Shown here: piece after piece, positions 21,795 to 31,235 of the stretch
How the letters are laid out: the number at the start of each line of letters is the position of its first letter
How positions within the stretch are numbered: position 1 is the stretch's first letter
NCBI GenBank assembly: GCA_963674965.2
Contig: CAXXFL010000005.1
Location: 352,001 to 416,000, forward strand
Direction of reading: 5' to 3'
Length of the DNA stretch: 64,000 nucleotides
DNA from: a bacterium
Lineage (GTDB): Bacteria > RBG-13-61-14 > DATKZS01
Notes under the pieces: generated by a model
Seen by the model: the letters and a program-made list of their open reading frames with translations, nothing else
The model's database searches: none
What the model was told of the DNA's origin: nothing
Program-made: the position numbers and the translations under genes

Positions 21795-22991
21795 ATGGCG
21801 GACAAAATGAAATGCGTTACCCTGCACGCGAAATGGGACCCCAAACCCGGCTTCAAGCTGGGACCCAAGGATATCGATAATAAACAGACCTATCTGGGAA
21901 GCCTGGTATGGCGCCACCCGGAACTAAAGATCGAGGAAAAAAACGTTCCCAAACCCGGAAGGGACGAGGTCCTTATCGAGGTCAAGGCCACCGGCATCTG
22001 CGGCTCCGACGTGCATATGGCCCAGGCCGACAAGGACGGATACATCTGGTACCCCGGGCTCACCGGCTTTCCCTGCATTCTTGGCCACGAGACCGCCGGG
22101 GTGGTGGTGGACGCAGGCAAGGAGGCCTTTGACAAGATTACCTTAAAGCCCTTCAAGGGCGGCGAGAAGGTCTGCGTCGAGGAAATGGTCTGGTGCGGCA
22201 TGTGCCGGCCCTGCGCGGACGGATGGCCCAATCACTGCGAGAAGCTAGACGAGATAGGCTTTAACGTGGACGGCGCCTTCGCCAAATACCTCACCGTTCC
22301 CAGCCGCCTGTTATGGAGCCTGGACGCGCTGGCGGACAGGTACAAGGGCGACGAGCTTTTCGTGGCCGGCAGCCTGGTCGAGCCCACCAGCGTGGCCTAT
22401 AACGCCGTGATCGAGCGCGGCGGCGGCATCCGTCCCGGCGACAACGCGCTCATCCTGGGCGGCGGCCCCATCGGCGCGGCGGCCTGCGCCATACTGAAGC
22501 GGGCCGGAGCGGCCAAGGTGCTTATAAGCGAGCCCGAGGCCTCGAGGCGGAAGCTGGCCAGGAAGCTGGGCGCCGACGTTCTCATCAACCCGGCCAAGGA
22601 AAAGCTGAGCGAGGCGGTTCTGGACCACACCCGGGGGGAGGGCGCGGCCTTGATCCTCGAGGCGACGGGCCTTCCCACCGTGGTCTGGCCGGACGTGGAG
22701 GACGTCATCTGGAGCGGACGGACGCTGAACACGACCGTGGTTATCGTGGCTCGGGCCGAGGCCAAGGTCCCCCTTACCGGCGAGGTCTTCCAGGTAAGGC
22801 GCGCCCGCGTGATCGGGGCCCAGGGACACTCGGGACACGGGACTTTTCCCCGCGTCATAAGCTGCATGTCCGACGGCATGGACATGACGCCCATGGTGAC
22901 CAAGCGGGTCAAGCTCGAGGAGGTCCCCGAAAATATCGTGAAGCTACGCGACGACCGCGAGAACTGCAAGATAACCTGGATCGCGAAATAA
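21795..22991 (+). CDS. iolM: Zinc-dependent dehydrogenase, scyllo-inosose 3-dehydrogenase (IolM)-like
   Basis: GICGSDVH, GHE, CxxCxxCx7C and GGGPIG motifs; LHAKWDPKPGFKLGPKDI N-terminus and QGHSGHGTFPRVIS C-terminus resemble Thermotoga IolM as recalled. Confidence 0.8.
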   Translation: MADKMKCVTLHAKWDPKPGFKLGPKDIDNKQTYLGSLVWRHPELKIEEKNVPKPGRDEVLIEVKATGICGSDVHMAQADKDGYIWYPGLTGFPCILGHETAGVVVDAGKEAFDKITLKPFKGGEKVCVEEMVWCGMCRPCADGWPNHCEKLDEIGFNVDGAFAKYLTVPSRLLWSLDALADRYKGDELFVAGSLVEPTSVAYNAVIERGGGIRPGDNALILGGGPIGAAACAILKRAGAAKVLISEPEASRRKLARKLGADVLINPAKEKLSEAVLDHTRGEGAALILEATGLPTVVWPDVEDVIWSGRTLNTTVVIVARAEAKVPLTGEVFQVRRARVIGAQGHSGHGTFPRVISCMSDGMDMTPMVTKRVKLEEVPENIVKLRDDRENCKITWIAK

Positions 22992-23004
22992 CCGGGGGGA
23001 AGCC

Positions 23005-24189
23005 ATGAGACTCCGATTAGCCTGGCTGGCGGCGGCCGCCGCCCTGACCTTCTCGGCCGCCGCCCCCGCCCAGATCAGAACGGCAAAGGACCCGGCGGTA
23101 AAGAAATACCTGAAGGACTACGGCCGCGAGGAAAAGGAGCAAAAGAAGGAGGAGCGAAAGGCCCGGCGGGAAGACCCTCACCGTTTCCTGCGGCCCTATT
23201 TCAGCCTCGAGGAAATATACGCCGCCATGGACAAGGCCCGGGAGGATTTCCCCGACCTCGTCCGCGTTATCGACTACGGACAAAGCGTCGAGGGCAGGCC
23301 GCTCAGAATGATCGAGATTAGCAAGGGACCCGGCGACAAGGCCAAGGTCCTTTACTCGGCCAACATCCACGGCAACGAGATGGCCGGGAACATGATCTGC
23401 CTGGCGCTGATGGATTATTTCCTCGAGGAAAGCCAAAAAGACCGGGACGTCGAATATCTTCTCCAGCGCCTTAACGTTTATATCATTCCCGTCCTCAATC
23501 CCGACGGCATGGCCCGGACGGTGAGGCAACAGTCGGGTGTGGGAACGCTCTACTCGATCACGCGCAAGAACGCGAACGGGGTGGACCTGAACCGTAATTA
23601 TCCATATCCCGCCGAGGCGCTCGATCGTCTTCGCGACTCGGCCGGCTCGAGCCATAAATGGTCCGTCAACTATCGGGGGCCCGGGCCGCTTTCCGAGCCG
23701 GAAAGCCGAGCCATCGACGCTCTCTTCGCGGAGCATAAGTTCACCTTGCACTGCAACTGGCACACCACCGGCGGGCTGGTCATGAGTCCTCCCGCCACGC
23801 TGCCCGAGCCCCTTCCCGACGACGAGCTGCATGACGCGCTAAGGAAGGCCTACCGCGACGCCATGTTCGACAAGTACAAGCAGCACACGGAGCTTCAGTT
23901 CTACCCGACCATCGGCTCGCTCGACGATTACCTGTATCACCGCTACGGCGCGCTTTGCATTACCATGGAAGTGGGAAAAAAGCCGGTCAGGCGGGCCCTG
24001 CTCGGCTGTCATAACGGGACTTGCTCGCCTCTTTTCTGGGCGTCCAACGTTTATTGTCTCGAGCGGGAAATCGCCAACAACCTGCCGGGAGCCATCGAGC
24101 TCGCGTGGCGCGCCCTGGCTATCCATGAGGACCCCGCGGCCCGGAAATGGACGCCGCCCGAGAGCGTCTGGGTGGGAGAGCCGAATTGA
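23005..24189 (+). CDS. Exported M14 zinc carboxypeptidase
   Basis: Signal peptide; IHGNE, PVLNPDG, RKNANGVDLNRNY, SEPES, NWH, TME. Confidence 0.9.
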   Translation: MRLRLAWLAAAAALTFSAAAPAQIRTAKDPAVKKYLKDYGREEKEQKKEERKARREDPHRFLRPYFSLEEIYAAMDKAREDFPDLVRVIDYGQSVEGRPLRMIEISKGPGDKAKVLYSANIHGNEMAGNMICLALMDYFLEESQKDRDVEYLLQRLNVYIIPVLNPDGMARTVRQQSGVGTLYSITRKNANGVDLNRNYPYPAEALDRLRDSAGSSHKWSVNYRGPGPLSEPESRAIDALFAEHKFTLHCNWHTTGGLVMSPPATLPEPLPDDELHDALRKAYRDAMFDKYKQHTELQFYPTIGSLDDYLYHRYGALCITMEVGKKPVRRALLGCHNGTCSPLFWASNVYCLEREIANNLPGAIELAWRALAIHEDPAARKWTPPESVWVGEPN

Positions 24190-25682
24190 GGCGCGCTCGG
24201 CGCTCGAGAATCGTTTTGGCGTTTAATGCCGCCGACGCCCGGCTTCTTATGGCGGCCGCCTTCTCCATCGTCCTCCTCGTGACGGGCTGCTCCCCCTCGC
24301 CGAGGCAAGTAAAGGAAGCGGCGGGCGAGGAATTTCGCGTGTCCTCCCGGGAGATGATGGAATGGATCGAGACCATCGTCGGGTTCGGCGACCGCCTGCC
24401 CGGCCAGCCCGGGCTCGAGAAAACGCGCTACTTTATCGTGGACAAGCTCGGCGAATTCGGCGTCTCCAACGTTATCCTGGACCCGGTCAATATCGAAAAA
24501 TGGGCGCCCCAAAAGGCCGAGCTTCGGTTCCTCAGCAAGGGAAAAATAATCGACGTGCCCTGCCAATGGATGAGCCTTTCACCGGGGACCTCACCCGCCG
24601 GGCTGCGGACGCCGGCCGTTTACGTGGGCGACGGCTCGCGTATCGAGCTTTACGACCTGGCCGGCAAGGCGGTCGTCTATCAGCAGCGCATGGGCAATTT
24701 CCCCGCGGGCAAGATGAAGTCCCTCTTTTACGACCCGGACGATACCATTGACAAGGACCTGACCTTAACCTCGATAGCCTCGCTTAAATTCCGGGACCAT
24801 ATCTGGGAGACGTGCAAGGAAAAAAAGGCCGCGGCCCTGATCGGTCTTTTGGTGGATTTTCCCTACGAGACCGACACTTTTTATATGCAGCCGGAGCCGG
24901 GGGGAGAACGCCCACCCCTTCCGGGGGTATGGGTCAGCCGCGAGCGCTCGCGAGAGGTCGTCGATCTGCTTAAAGACGACTCGACCGTCCTGGCGTCCAT
25001 CGTCAACCCGGTTGACGAGGGCGTTTACGAGGACTATAACGTGGTGGCCATCATCCACGGGAAATCTCCCCGTTACTTCGTTGTTCATACTCATTACGAC
25101 TCCGGTTTTAACGGCGCGGTGCAGGACGCCTCGGGCGTGGCCGAGGTCCTGGCCCTGGCCAAACACCTGACGCTCCCCGAGACCGAGCCGATGGACCACG
25201 GGCTTATCTTTCTTTTCACGGCCGCTCACATGCACGGCCGCCTGGGGGCCAGGGACTTCGTGACCGACTATAAGGATTATCTGGACCTGATCGACCTGGA
25301 TTTCACCATCGAGCACGTTGGCCTCGATTGCGAGGACGCGGGAGGGAACAAGGGCCTGGTCTGCTCGGACCTGCCGGCGCCGAGGTTTATCCTGACCTCG
25401 TCGGACTGGGGGCTGATAAGGACTATCCGGGCGGCGGCCGAGGAAAACGATTTAAAGCGCTGCGCCGTGGTCCCCCACAAGGCGCTTATCGTCATGTCCG
25501 ACGAGAAATACGCCAGGGGAGACGGAGGCGAAAACTACGCGGCCGGAGTACCCTGCGCCGGCTACATATCCGCCCCGCCCTACTTCATGTCCAGGGAGGA
25601 CGCGCCGGACAAGGTGGCGAAAGACGAGCTTAAACGCGTGGCCAAGACCGTACTTACGACCTTCAGGCTGCTGGATAAATAA
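24186..25682 (+). CDS. M28-family metallopeptidase with PA-like insert, probable lipoprotein
   Basis: LLVTGC lipobox; HTHYDS, GAVQDASG, FTAAH, IEHVG. Start uncertain (TTG 24186 or ATG 24249). Confidence 0.75.
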   Translation: MRRARRSRIVLAFNAADARLLMAAAFSIVLLVTGCSPSPRQVKEAAGEEFRVSSREMMEWIETIVGFGDRLPGQPGLEKTRYFIVDKLGEFGVSNVILDPVNIEKWAPQKAELRFLSKGKIIDVPCQWMSLSPGTSPAGLRTPAVYVGDGSRIELYDLAGKAVVYQQRMGNFPAGKMKSLFYDPDDTIDKDLTLTSIASLKFRDHIWETCKEKKAAALIGLLVDFPYETDTFYMQPEPGGERPPLPGVWVSRERSREVVDLLKDDSTVLASIVNPVDEGVYEDYNVVAIIHGKSPRYFVVHTHYDSGFNGAVQDASGVAEVLALAKHLTLPETEPMDHGLIFLFTAAHMHGRLGARDFVTDYKDYLDLIDLDFTIEHVGLDCEDAGGNKGLVCSDLPAPRFILTSSDWGLIRTIRAAAEENDLKRCAVVPHKALIVMSDEKYARGDGGENYAAGVPCAGYISAPPYFMSREDAPDKVAKDELKRVAKTVLTTFRLLDK

Positions 25683-25698
25683 CTTCGTCTCGCGTCGC

Positions 25699-26253
25699 CT
25701 ACTTTAAGAACAGGCCCATCAGCGCCTCGTCCGCGTACTGGCCGGGACCGAGCTTGTACTGCCTCTCCCGCAGACCCTCCCGCTTGAACCCGAGACTCTC
25801 GTAAAGATGGATGGCGCGTGGGTTGTCGGCGAAAACGGCGAGGCATATCTTCTCCAGCCTCGGATGAGACCGGGCCCAGTCAAGGGCAGCCAGGATAAGG
25901 GCCCGGCCCACGCCCTGGTCGCGAAATGACCTATGCACGCTGAGATGGATGACGCCGCAATGCTCGAGCCTTTGTCTCGACTCCGTGTCCAGGTGAAGGA
26001 ACCCGGCCAGGCGGCCTTCCACCGCGGCCGCCAGCGCGAGCCAGGACGGGTGGTCAAGGCGCATGCCCAGCCAGCGCTTTTCCTCCTCCTCGGAAAAGGT
26101 ATACTCCTCGGGAAGGGTCACGGTGAACTCGAGCTCGGATAAAACGCTGAAGGCAAGCTCGAGGACCGCGCTCGCGTCCTCGGGAACGGCCGAGCGGACC
26201 ACAACTTCTCGGCCGTCCTTTAACGCGCTCCTCCGCGTCCGGATATCGCCCAT
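25699..26253 (-). CDS. GNAT family N-acetyltransferase
   Basis: VHRSFRDQGVGRAL motif A, NPRAIHLYESLGF; ATG overlaps the mobB stop (TAATG). Confidence 0.9.
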   Translation of the reverse strand: MGDIRTRRSALKDGREVVVRSAVPEDASAVLELAFSVLSELEFTVTLPEEYTFSEEEEKRWLGMRLDHPSWLALAAAVEGRLAGFLHLDTESRQRLEHCGVIHLSVHRSFRDQGVGRALILAALDWARSHPRLEKICLAVFADNPRAIHLYESLGFKREGLRERQYKLGPGQYADEALMGLFLK

Positions 26254-26747
26254 TACCCGACGAACCTCTCGATTAAAAAGTCCGCCAGGCCCTCGACGTC
26301 CGCCAACCCGAAGACCGGGCAGTCCAAAGCGACCTCGTCGTCCGTGACCATGGCCACCCGGTTGTCGCCCGGCCCGCAAAGCGGCTCCACGTGCGCCGCC
26401 CGCCGAAAAACCTCTATCTTGGGCTTGTCCGCCGACTTGTAGCCCTCGGTCAAGATAAGGTCGGCGTCGCTCATGTACGTCTCTAAAAGGTCGTCCAGCG
26501 GCATGGGAGCCTCCAGCCTCTTCACCAAAGCCAGCTTGGTGGGTGAGGCTATAAGCACCGAGCGGGCCCCCGCCTGAAAATGACGGTACGTGTCCTTGCC
26601 CGGATGGTCGATGTCGAAGCGGTGAGCGTCGTGCTTGATGGTGGCCACCCGGACGCCCTTTCTCTCGAGAGCGGGAATGAGCTTCTCGATCAGCGTGGTC
26701 TTGCCGCTGTCGCTCTTGCCGACGATGGATACAACTCGAGCGGACAT
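26253..26747 (-). CDS. mobB: Molybdopterin-guanine dinucleotide biosynthesis protein B
   Basis: GKSDSGKTT, IKHDAHRFDIDHPGKDT, LTEGYK, PKIEV. Confidence 0.93.
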   Translation of the reverse strand: MSARVVSIVGKSDSGKTTLIEKLIPALERKGVRVATIKHDAHRFDIDHPGKDTYRHFQAGARSVLIASPTKLALVKRLEAPMPLDDLLETYMSDADLILTEGYKSADKPKIEVFRRAAHVEPLCGPGDNRVAMVTDDEVALDCPVFGLADVEGLADFLIERFVG

Positions 26748-26766
26748 GGCCGCCTCCTTGTCTTCC

Positions 26767-27216
26767 CTAAAATGTCCTGGCCCCGTCCAGCAGAAGCGTC
26801 ACCGGGCCCCGGTTAACCAGACGTACGTCCATCATGGCGCGGAAGCGGCCCGACTCGACCTTGATCCCCCGCTCCCTGACCTTATCGATAAACCGCAAAT
26901 AGAAATCCTCGGCCTTGGCCGGGGCCGCCGCGTGAGAAAAGCTGGGCCGCCGTCCCTTGCGGCAGTCCCCGTGGAGGGTGAACTGGCTCACCACCAGCAT
27001 CTGGCCGCCCACGTCCAAAAGGGACAGGTTCAGCTTGCCCTCCCCGTCCTCGAAGACGCGAAGGTTCACTATCTTGTCGGCCAGGTAGTCGATCTCCTCC
27101 TCGGCGTCCGATTCCGACACCCCGAGAAGCACCAGGAAGCCCGGCCCGATCCGGCCGACCTCTTCCCCCTCGACCGACACGCCGGCCTCGCTCACGCGCT
27201 GGACCACCGCCCTCAT
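26767..27216 (-). CDS. dtd: D-aminoacyl-tRNA deacylase
   Basis: [26 protein letters not shown]. Confidence 0.96.
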   Translation of the reverse strand: MRAVVQRVSEAGVSVEGEEVGRIGPGFLVLLGVSESDAEEEIDYLADKIVNLRVFEDGEGKLNLSLLDVGGQMLVVSQFTLHGDCRKGRRPSFSHAAAPAKAEDFYLRFIDKVRERGIKVESGRFRAMMDVRLVNRGPVTLLLDGARTF

Positions 27217-27220
27217 GGCC

Positions 27221-27529
27221 CTACTTCTTAAGCTCGCGGCCAAGATGGGCCTCGACCGACTCGACCTTGGCCTTGAGCCGCCCGGCCTTGCCCTTGCGGT
27301 CGTCCAGCTTGACGCTCGAGAGCACCCGGCTGGACATGGCCGCCATCTTCTTGTGGCACTTGCCCACCAGTTCCCACACCTCGTCGAACTCGCCCTCCAC
27401 GATGGTGGCCATGGGCGTAAGCTGGTACTCGAGGCCGCTTTGGTCGATAATATCCAGAAGCTCGGCCACGTATTTGGAAACGCTCTCCCCCTTGTCGAGG
27501 GGAGCTATCGAGAACATCGCTAAAACCAT
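27221..27529 (-). CDS. MTH1187/YqgV (thiamine-binding-like) family protein
   Basis: FSIAPL...SVSKYVA...[12 protein letters not shown]...KLDDR...KVESVE. Confidence 0.88.
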   Translation of the reverse strand: MVLAMFSIAPLDKGESVSKYVAELLDIIDQSGLEYQLTPMATIVEGEFDEVWELVGKCHKKMAAMSSRVLSSVKLDDRKGKAGRLKAKVESVEAHLGRELKK

Positions 27530-27791
27530 TATTGCCTCCTCCAAACGGCCGGCGGCGCCCGACCCGATTTTACGCGATATAGTTTATAGGGCAACCCGCC
27601 GTCTTCCAAATACGTCCGAAACAAGCGCTCGAGATAAGCCTCCAGCCCCCACGGGGAGGGTGGCGCAAATGAGAGGAGCGGGAGGCGAGGTGGCGCACAA
27701 GGTTTTGAAAAAACCGCCGGGGCCTGACTTGGATCATGGGTGGCGCGGATAGATATCCGCGCCACCCGCGATTTTCCTCATTGCCGTTTTA

Positions 27792-27820
27792 TTGACAACC
27801 CATATTTGCATTGGTATAGT
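27792..27820 (+). promoter_or_regulatory. Sigma70-type promoter
   Basis: TTGACA-17nt-TATAGT. Confidence 0.75.
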
Positions 27821-27970
27821 CGATAGCCGATCGGCGTCGAAATGAAAAGCGCGTTTTTATCTTGTAAGCACTACGGTGATGGCCCGCGGCCGAATATGCT
27901 CGTTTGGCCTTACGCAAGTGGGGGAACTTAGGGCCATTGTGGTTTTTTATTCAACAAAGCGAGGTGAAAA

Positions 27971-28777
27971 ATGGCAAAGGCTTTTTCCATGGCGAGTTGG
28001 AACGTCGAGCATTTCAAGGGCGACCCGGCCCGGGTCAAGCGCGTGGTGCAATTTTTAAAGGACCAGAATCCGGACGTTTTCGCGCTCTATGAAGTGGAAG
28101 GAAAAACCGTGTTCGGCGACCTGACCCGGATGATGCCCAGGTATACCTTCCACGTCACCGAGGGGCCGCAGACGCAGGAAATACTGGTGGGACTCAAGTC
28201 ATCGTTCACGGGTTTCTTCACTCAAAAGCTCGAGTTTAAAAAGGGCAACCAATACCTTCGGCCCGGGGCCCTTCTTACCGTGGTCGCGGGGGGCGCCACC
28301 TATCCGATTTTATTCCTTCACACCAAATCCAGCGCCTTGCCGGAGGGACTGGGCCTGAGGGATTCCATGTTCGAGCGGGCCTTCAAATTCAAGAGCACCC
28401 TCGATAAGCAGGCCGGCGGAAACGGCAAGTCGAACTTCATTTTCCTGGGCGACCTGAACACCATGGGCATGAAGTATCCTTTCAAGCTCGATATACCGGC
28501 GGGAAAGGAAATCGAGAAGATCGACAAGGACGCCAAGAAGAAAAAGATGAGGCGGCTGGGCAAAAACGCGGCCGCCACCTGGTGGAACGGGAGCGGGCGC
28601 CTCAAGCCGTCGGACCTGGACCACGTGGTGGCCTCGGACCAGGTGAAGTTCAAGGCCATTAAAGGGTCCCCCATCGACGTCCGGGGATGGCCCAACCAGA
28701 CAACGGACGCGGCCAGGCAAAAATGGATCAAGGAATACTCGGACCACGCCCTCCTTTACATGGAAGTGCAAAAATAG
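27971..28777 (+). CDS. Endonuclease/exonuclease/phosphatase (DNase I-like) family protein
   Basis: SWNVE, PDVFALYEV, HTKS, GDLN, LDHVV, SDH. Confidence 0.88.
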   Translation: MAKAFSMASWNVEHFKGDPARVKRVVQFLKDQNPDVFALYEVEGKTVFGDLTRMMPRYTFHVTEGPQTQEILVGLKSSFTGFFTQKLEFKKGNQYLRPGALLTVVAGGATYPILFLHTKSSALPEGLGLRDSMFERAFKFKSTLDKQAGGNGKSNFIFLGDLNTMGMKYPFKLDIPAGKEIEKIDKDAKKKKMRRLGKNAAATWWNGSGRLKPSDLDHVVASDQVKFKAIKGSPIDVRGWPNQTTDAARQKWIKEYSDHALLYMEVQK

Positions 28778-28875
28778 ACCTGAAAGGCGCGCGGAAATTT
28801 AAAGCCGCCCACCCGCGGTGGCCCGCCCGGTTTCGTAAAAGCCGCGCGGGTCATCACCACTTTTATTGCTTTCTT

Positions 28876-29121
28876 AAAGCCCCGAACGGGGCTGAGGGAT
28901 AAAGCCCAGGCGTGGAGGACGCGATCCGTGTCCGTAACCCTGGGTATGAAATAGAGAAAGGGTTCGAGCGCTGAAGGCGCGGCTTAATTTTTCCATCCAG
29001 GAAGAGGGCCGTATTTTCCCGGGCCTTTCCTCGTTTGCGCCGTCCCTTCAGGACTCATTTGTTTATCACCATCTTTTCCCAGGGTTTCGGCCGCCAATCG
29101 CGGCCTCCTTGAAACCATGGA
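28876..29121. repeat. Palindromic intergenic repeat cluster (REP/REPIN-like)
   Basis: AGCCCC-GAAC-GGGGCT hairpin, CCCAGG...AACCCTGGG...CCCAGGGTT and CTGAAGG...CCTTCAG inverted segments; 22-mer at 29035-29056 repeated at 30121-30142 with one mismatch. Confidence 0.6.
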
Positions 29122-29167
29122 TGTCCCCTGATACTCTTGGACGCGGGGTAAGGGAATAGGAGGAAAA

Positions 29168-30040
29168 ATGAACAAGGCATTTCGGTTGACCTGGTTGATT
29201 ATAATGGCGGCGCTTTGGTGCTTCATCCTGGACGGATGTGCAAAGGATAAAAGCCCCGGACCGTCCGAGGATACACCCCCAGCCAAGACGCCCCTCGCCC
29301 AGACAGAAACAAAACTCCCGGCTCCACCCGCGGACAAGCCGGTCCCCAAGTCGCTGAATCCTGATTTTAAAAAGTTACTCGATCTGGATTTCGCCGAATG
29401 CAGGCGAGTGAAGGACAAAGAGAGCCTGGAACAATGCACGAACATTATTGTCCAGGAAGCCTATAAGATCATGATGATCAGTGACCCGGCCCTGGTCCCC
29501 GATCTGATCTTCATGGCCACTCCCCGGAGCATCCCGGCTCCTCCGGGCTATGAGATGGGAGACGGAATCGAACCGATCATTTATAAACAGGGCTACTGCC
29601 ATGTCCGGTATTTCTCGATCGTCGCCCTGGGCAAAATCAAGGACCCACAAGCGACCGATCCCCTCATCGAGATCATGGGTCAGCCATACACCCCCGAGAC
29701 CGCGTGCGACTTTTTCTGGGACGACGGCGACAAGTCCATGCAGTGCAATTACGTGGCGGACGCCCTAATCAAGATATCTCCGCCGGGCCTGGCCGGGCGC
29801 ATGATGGAGGGCTTTAAAAAGAGCATACCCGCCTATTCCAAGATTCAGAGCCAGATGAACGATATGGATTCTTCAAGCTTATACGACGTAAACCGGTTCC
29901 TCCATGATTTCGAACTTCCGGGCTGCTACCTCAAGGTCCTTAAGGCGATCGGCCCGGAAGGAACGGATGTGATCGCGGCGAAACTCCGGGACGAAACCAT
30001 CTCCGAGGATGAGCGGAAATTGCTGCAATGGGGTCCTTGA
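29168..30040 (+). CDS. Lipoprotein with HEAT/PBS-like repeat, unknown function
   Basis: AGGAGG RBS; ILDGC lipobox; Pro-rich linker; VRYFSIVALGKIKDPQATDPLIEIM. Confidence 0.75.
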   Translation: MNKAFRLTWLIIMAALWCFILDGCAKDKSPGPSEDTPPAKTPLAQTETKLPAPPADKPVPKSLNPDFKKLLDLDFAECRRVKDKESLEQCTNIIVQEAYKIMMISDPALVPDLIFMATPRSIPAPPGYEMGDGIEPIIYKQGYCHVRYFSIVALGKIKDPQATDPLIEIMGQPYTPETACDFFWDDGDKSMQCNYVADALIKISPPGLAGRMMEGFKKSIPAYSKIQSQMNDMDSSSLYDVNRFLHDFELPGCYLKVLKAIGPEGTDVIAAKLRDETISEDERKLLQWGP

Positions 30041-30437
30041 TGAACGCGGATAAGGGAGCCGAACGGGTATCCTATGGATATGTTTGTTACCTATTACCCG
30101 TATAAGTGTCCCCATCTTTATTGCGCCGTCCTTTCAGGACTCCTTGTCGTTTTGAGATCTGTGGAGATCTGGGGACAGAAGATCTGAGATCTGGAGCGTA
30201 GCGAACCAGCAGAGAGCCTCTAATTCTATCTCATGTTTCTATATTCACCCGGTGGCGGTGGAAGGGAAAAGTTGAAACCCTGAAGCGGGGGAGGAATTCA
30301 TCCCGCGGCTACGCCGCCCATGCATGACGGGCGACCCAGGCCCAAGATTTTACTCAAATTTTCCGGGATGATATCATCGGTCGGAAGCGCCGTTTATATC
30401 TATAAGAAATCCCAAGGGCGCGAGAGAAAACCGATTC

Positions 30438-31220
30438 ATGGAAGATGACTTCATAAAAACCCGGTTCGTGGCCATTGCCGACGGCGTGAAGATCGACGGG
30501 TTTTACGTGGCGCCTAGCGGGGACGGGCCGCTCCCGGTCATCATACTTTTGCACGGCATCCCCCGGGCAAAGCATACATCGAGCGACGGCTCGTACCGGG
30601 ACATCGCAGCGTCCTACGCGGAGCGGGGCTTTCTGGCGGCGACCTTCAACTTCAGGGGCACGGGAGAGTCGGGCGGGAACATCGGCCTCGGGGGCTGGAC
30701 CCGCGACCTGGCCGCGGTGATCGGCTACCTAAAGGACCTGCCCGAGGCGGACCCCTCGAGGATCGCCCTGCTCGGGTTCAGCGCGGGCGGGACCGCCGCC
30801 ATCCACGCCGCCGCCGTCAACCCGTCCGTGGCGGCCGCGGCCTCGGTCGGTTCTCCGGCCGAGTATTCCTTCCTCGAGGACACCATGTCCCCGGCGGAGT
30901 GGATCGGGCTGTTCCGCGAGATCGGCCTGATCAGGGACCCGGAATATCCGGCGTCCATCGAGGAATGGCTGGCCGAGTTCGACGAGTACAAGCCCGCCAA
31001 CTGGGTGGCCCGCGTGTCGCCCAAGCCCCTTTTAATCATGCACGGGGAGGAGGACGAGCTGATTCCGCTCGAGCACGCCCGGGCCATTTTCGAGGCGGCG
31101 GGCGACCCGAAGGACTTCCTCGTCGTTCCCGGCGGGGCCCATCGTCTCCGGGTGGACAGGCGGGCCTTGGACATGGCCATGGACTGGATATTAAAATGGA
31201 GAGATAGCTCGGGTCGATAA
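30438..31220 (+). CDS. Alpha/beta hydrolase
   Basis: LHG, FRGTGES, GFSAGG nucleophile elbow, HGEEDELIP, GGAH. Confidence 0.9.
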   Translation: MEDDFIKTRFVAIADGVKIDGFYVAPSGDGPLPVIILLHGIPRAKHTSSDGSYRDIAASYAERGFLAATFNFRGTGESGGNIGLGGWTRDLAAVIGYLKDLPEADPSRIALLGFSAGGTAAIHAAAVNPSVAAAASVGSPAEYSFLEDTMSPAEWIGLFREIGLIRDPEYPASIEEWLAEFDEYKPANWVARVSPKPLLIMHGEEDELIPLEHARAIFEAAGDPKDFLVVPGGAHRLRVDRRALDMAMDWILKWRDSSGR

Positions 31221-31235
31221 AAGGAGGCGGCAACC

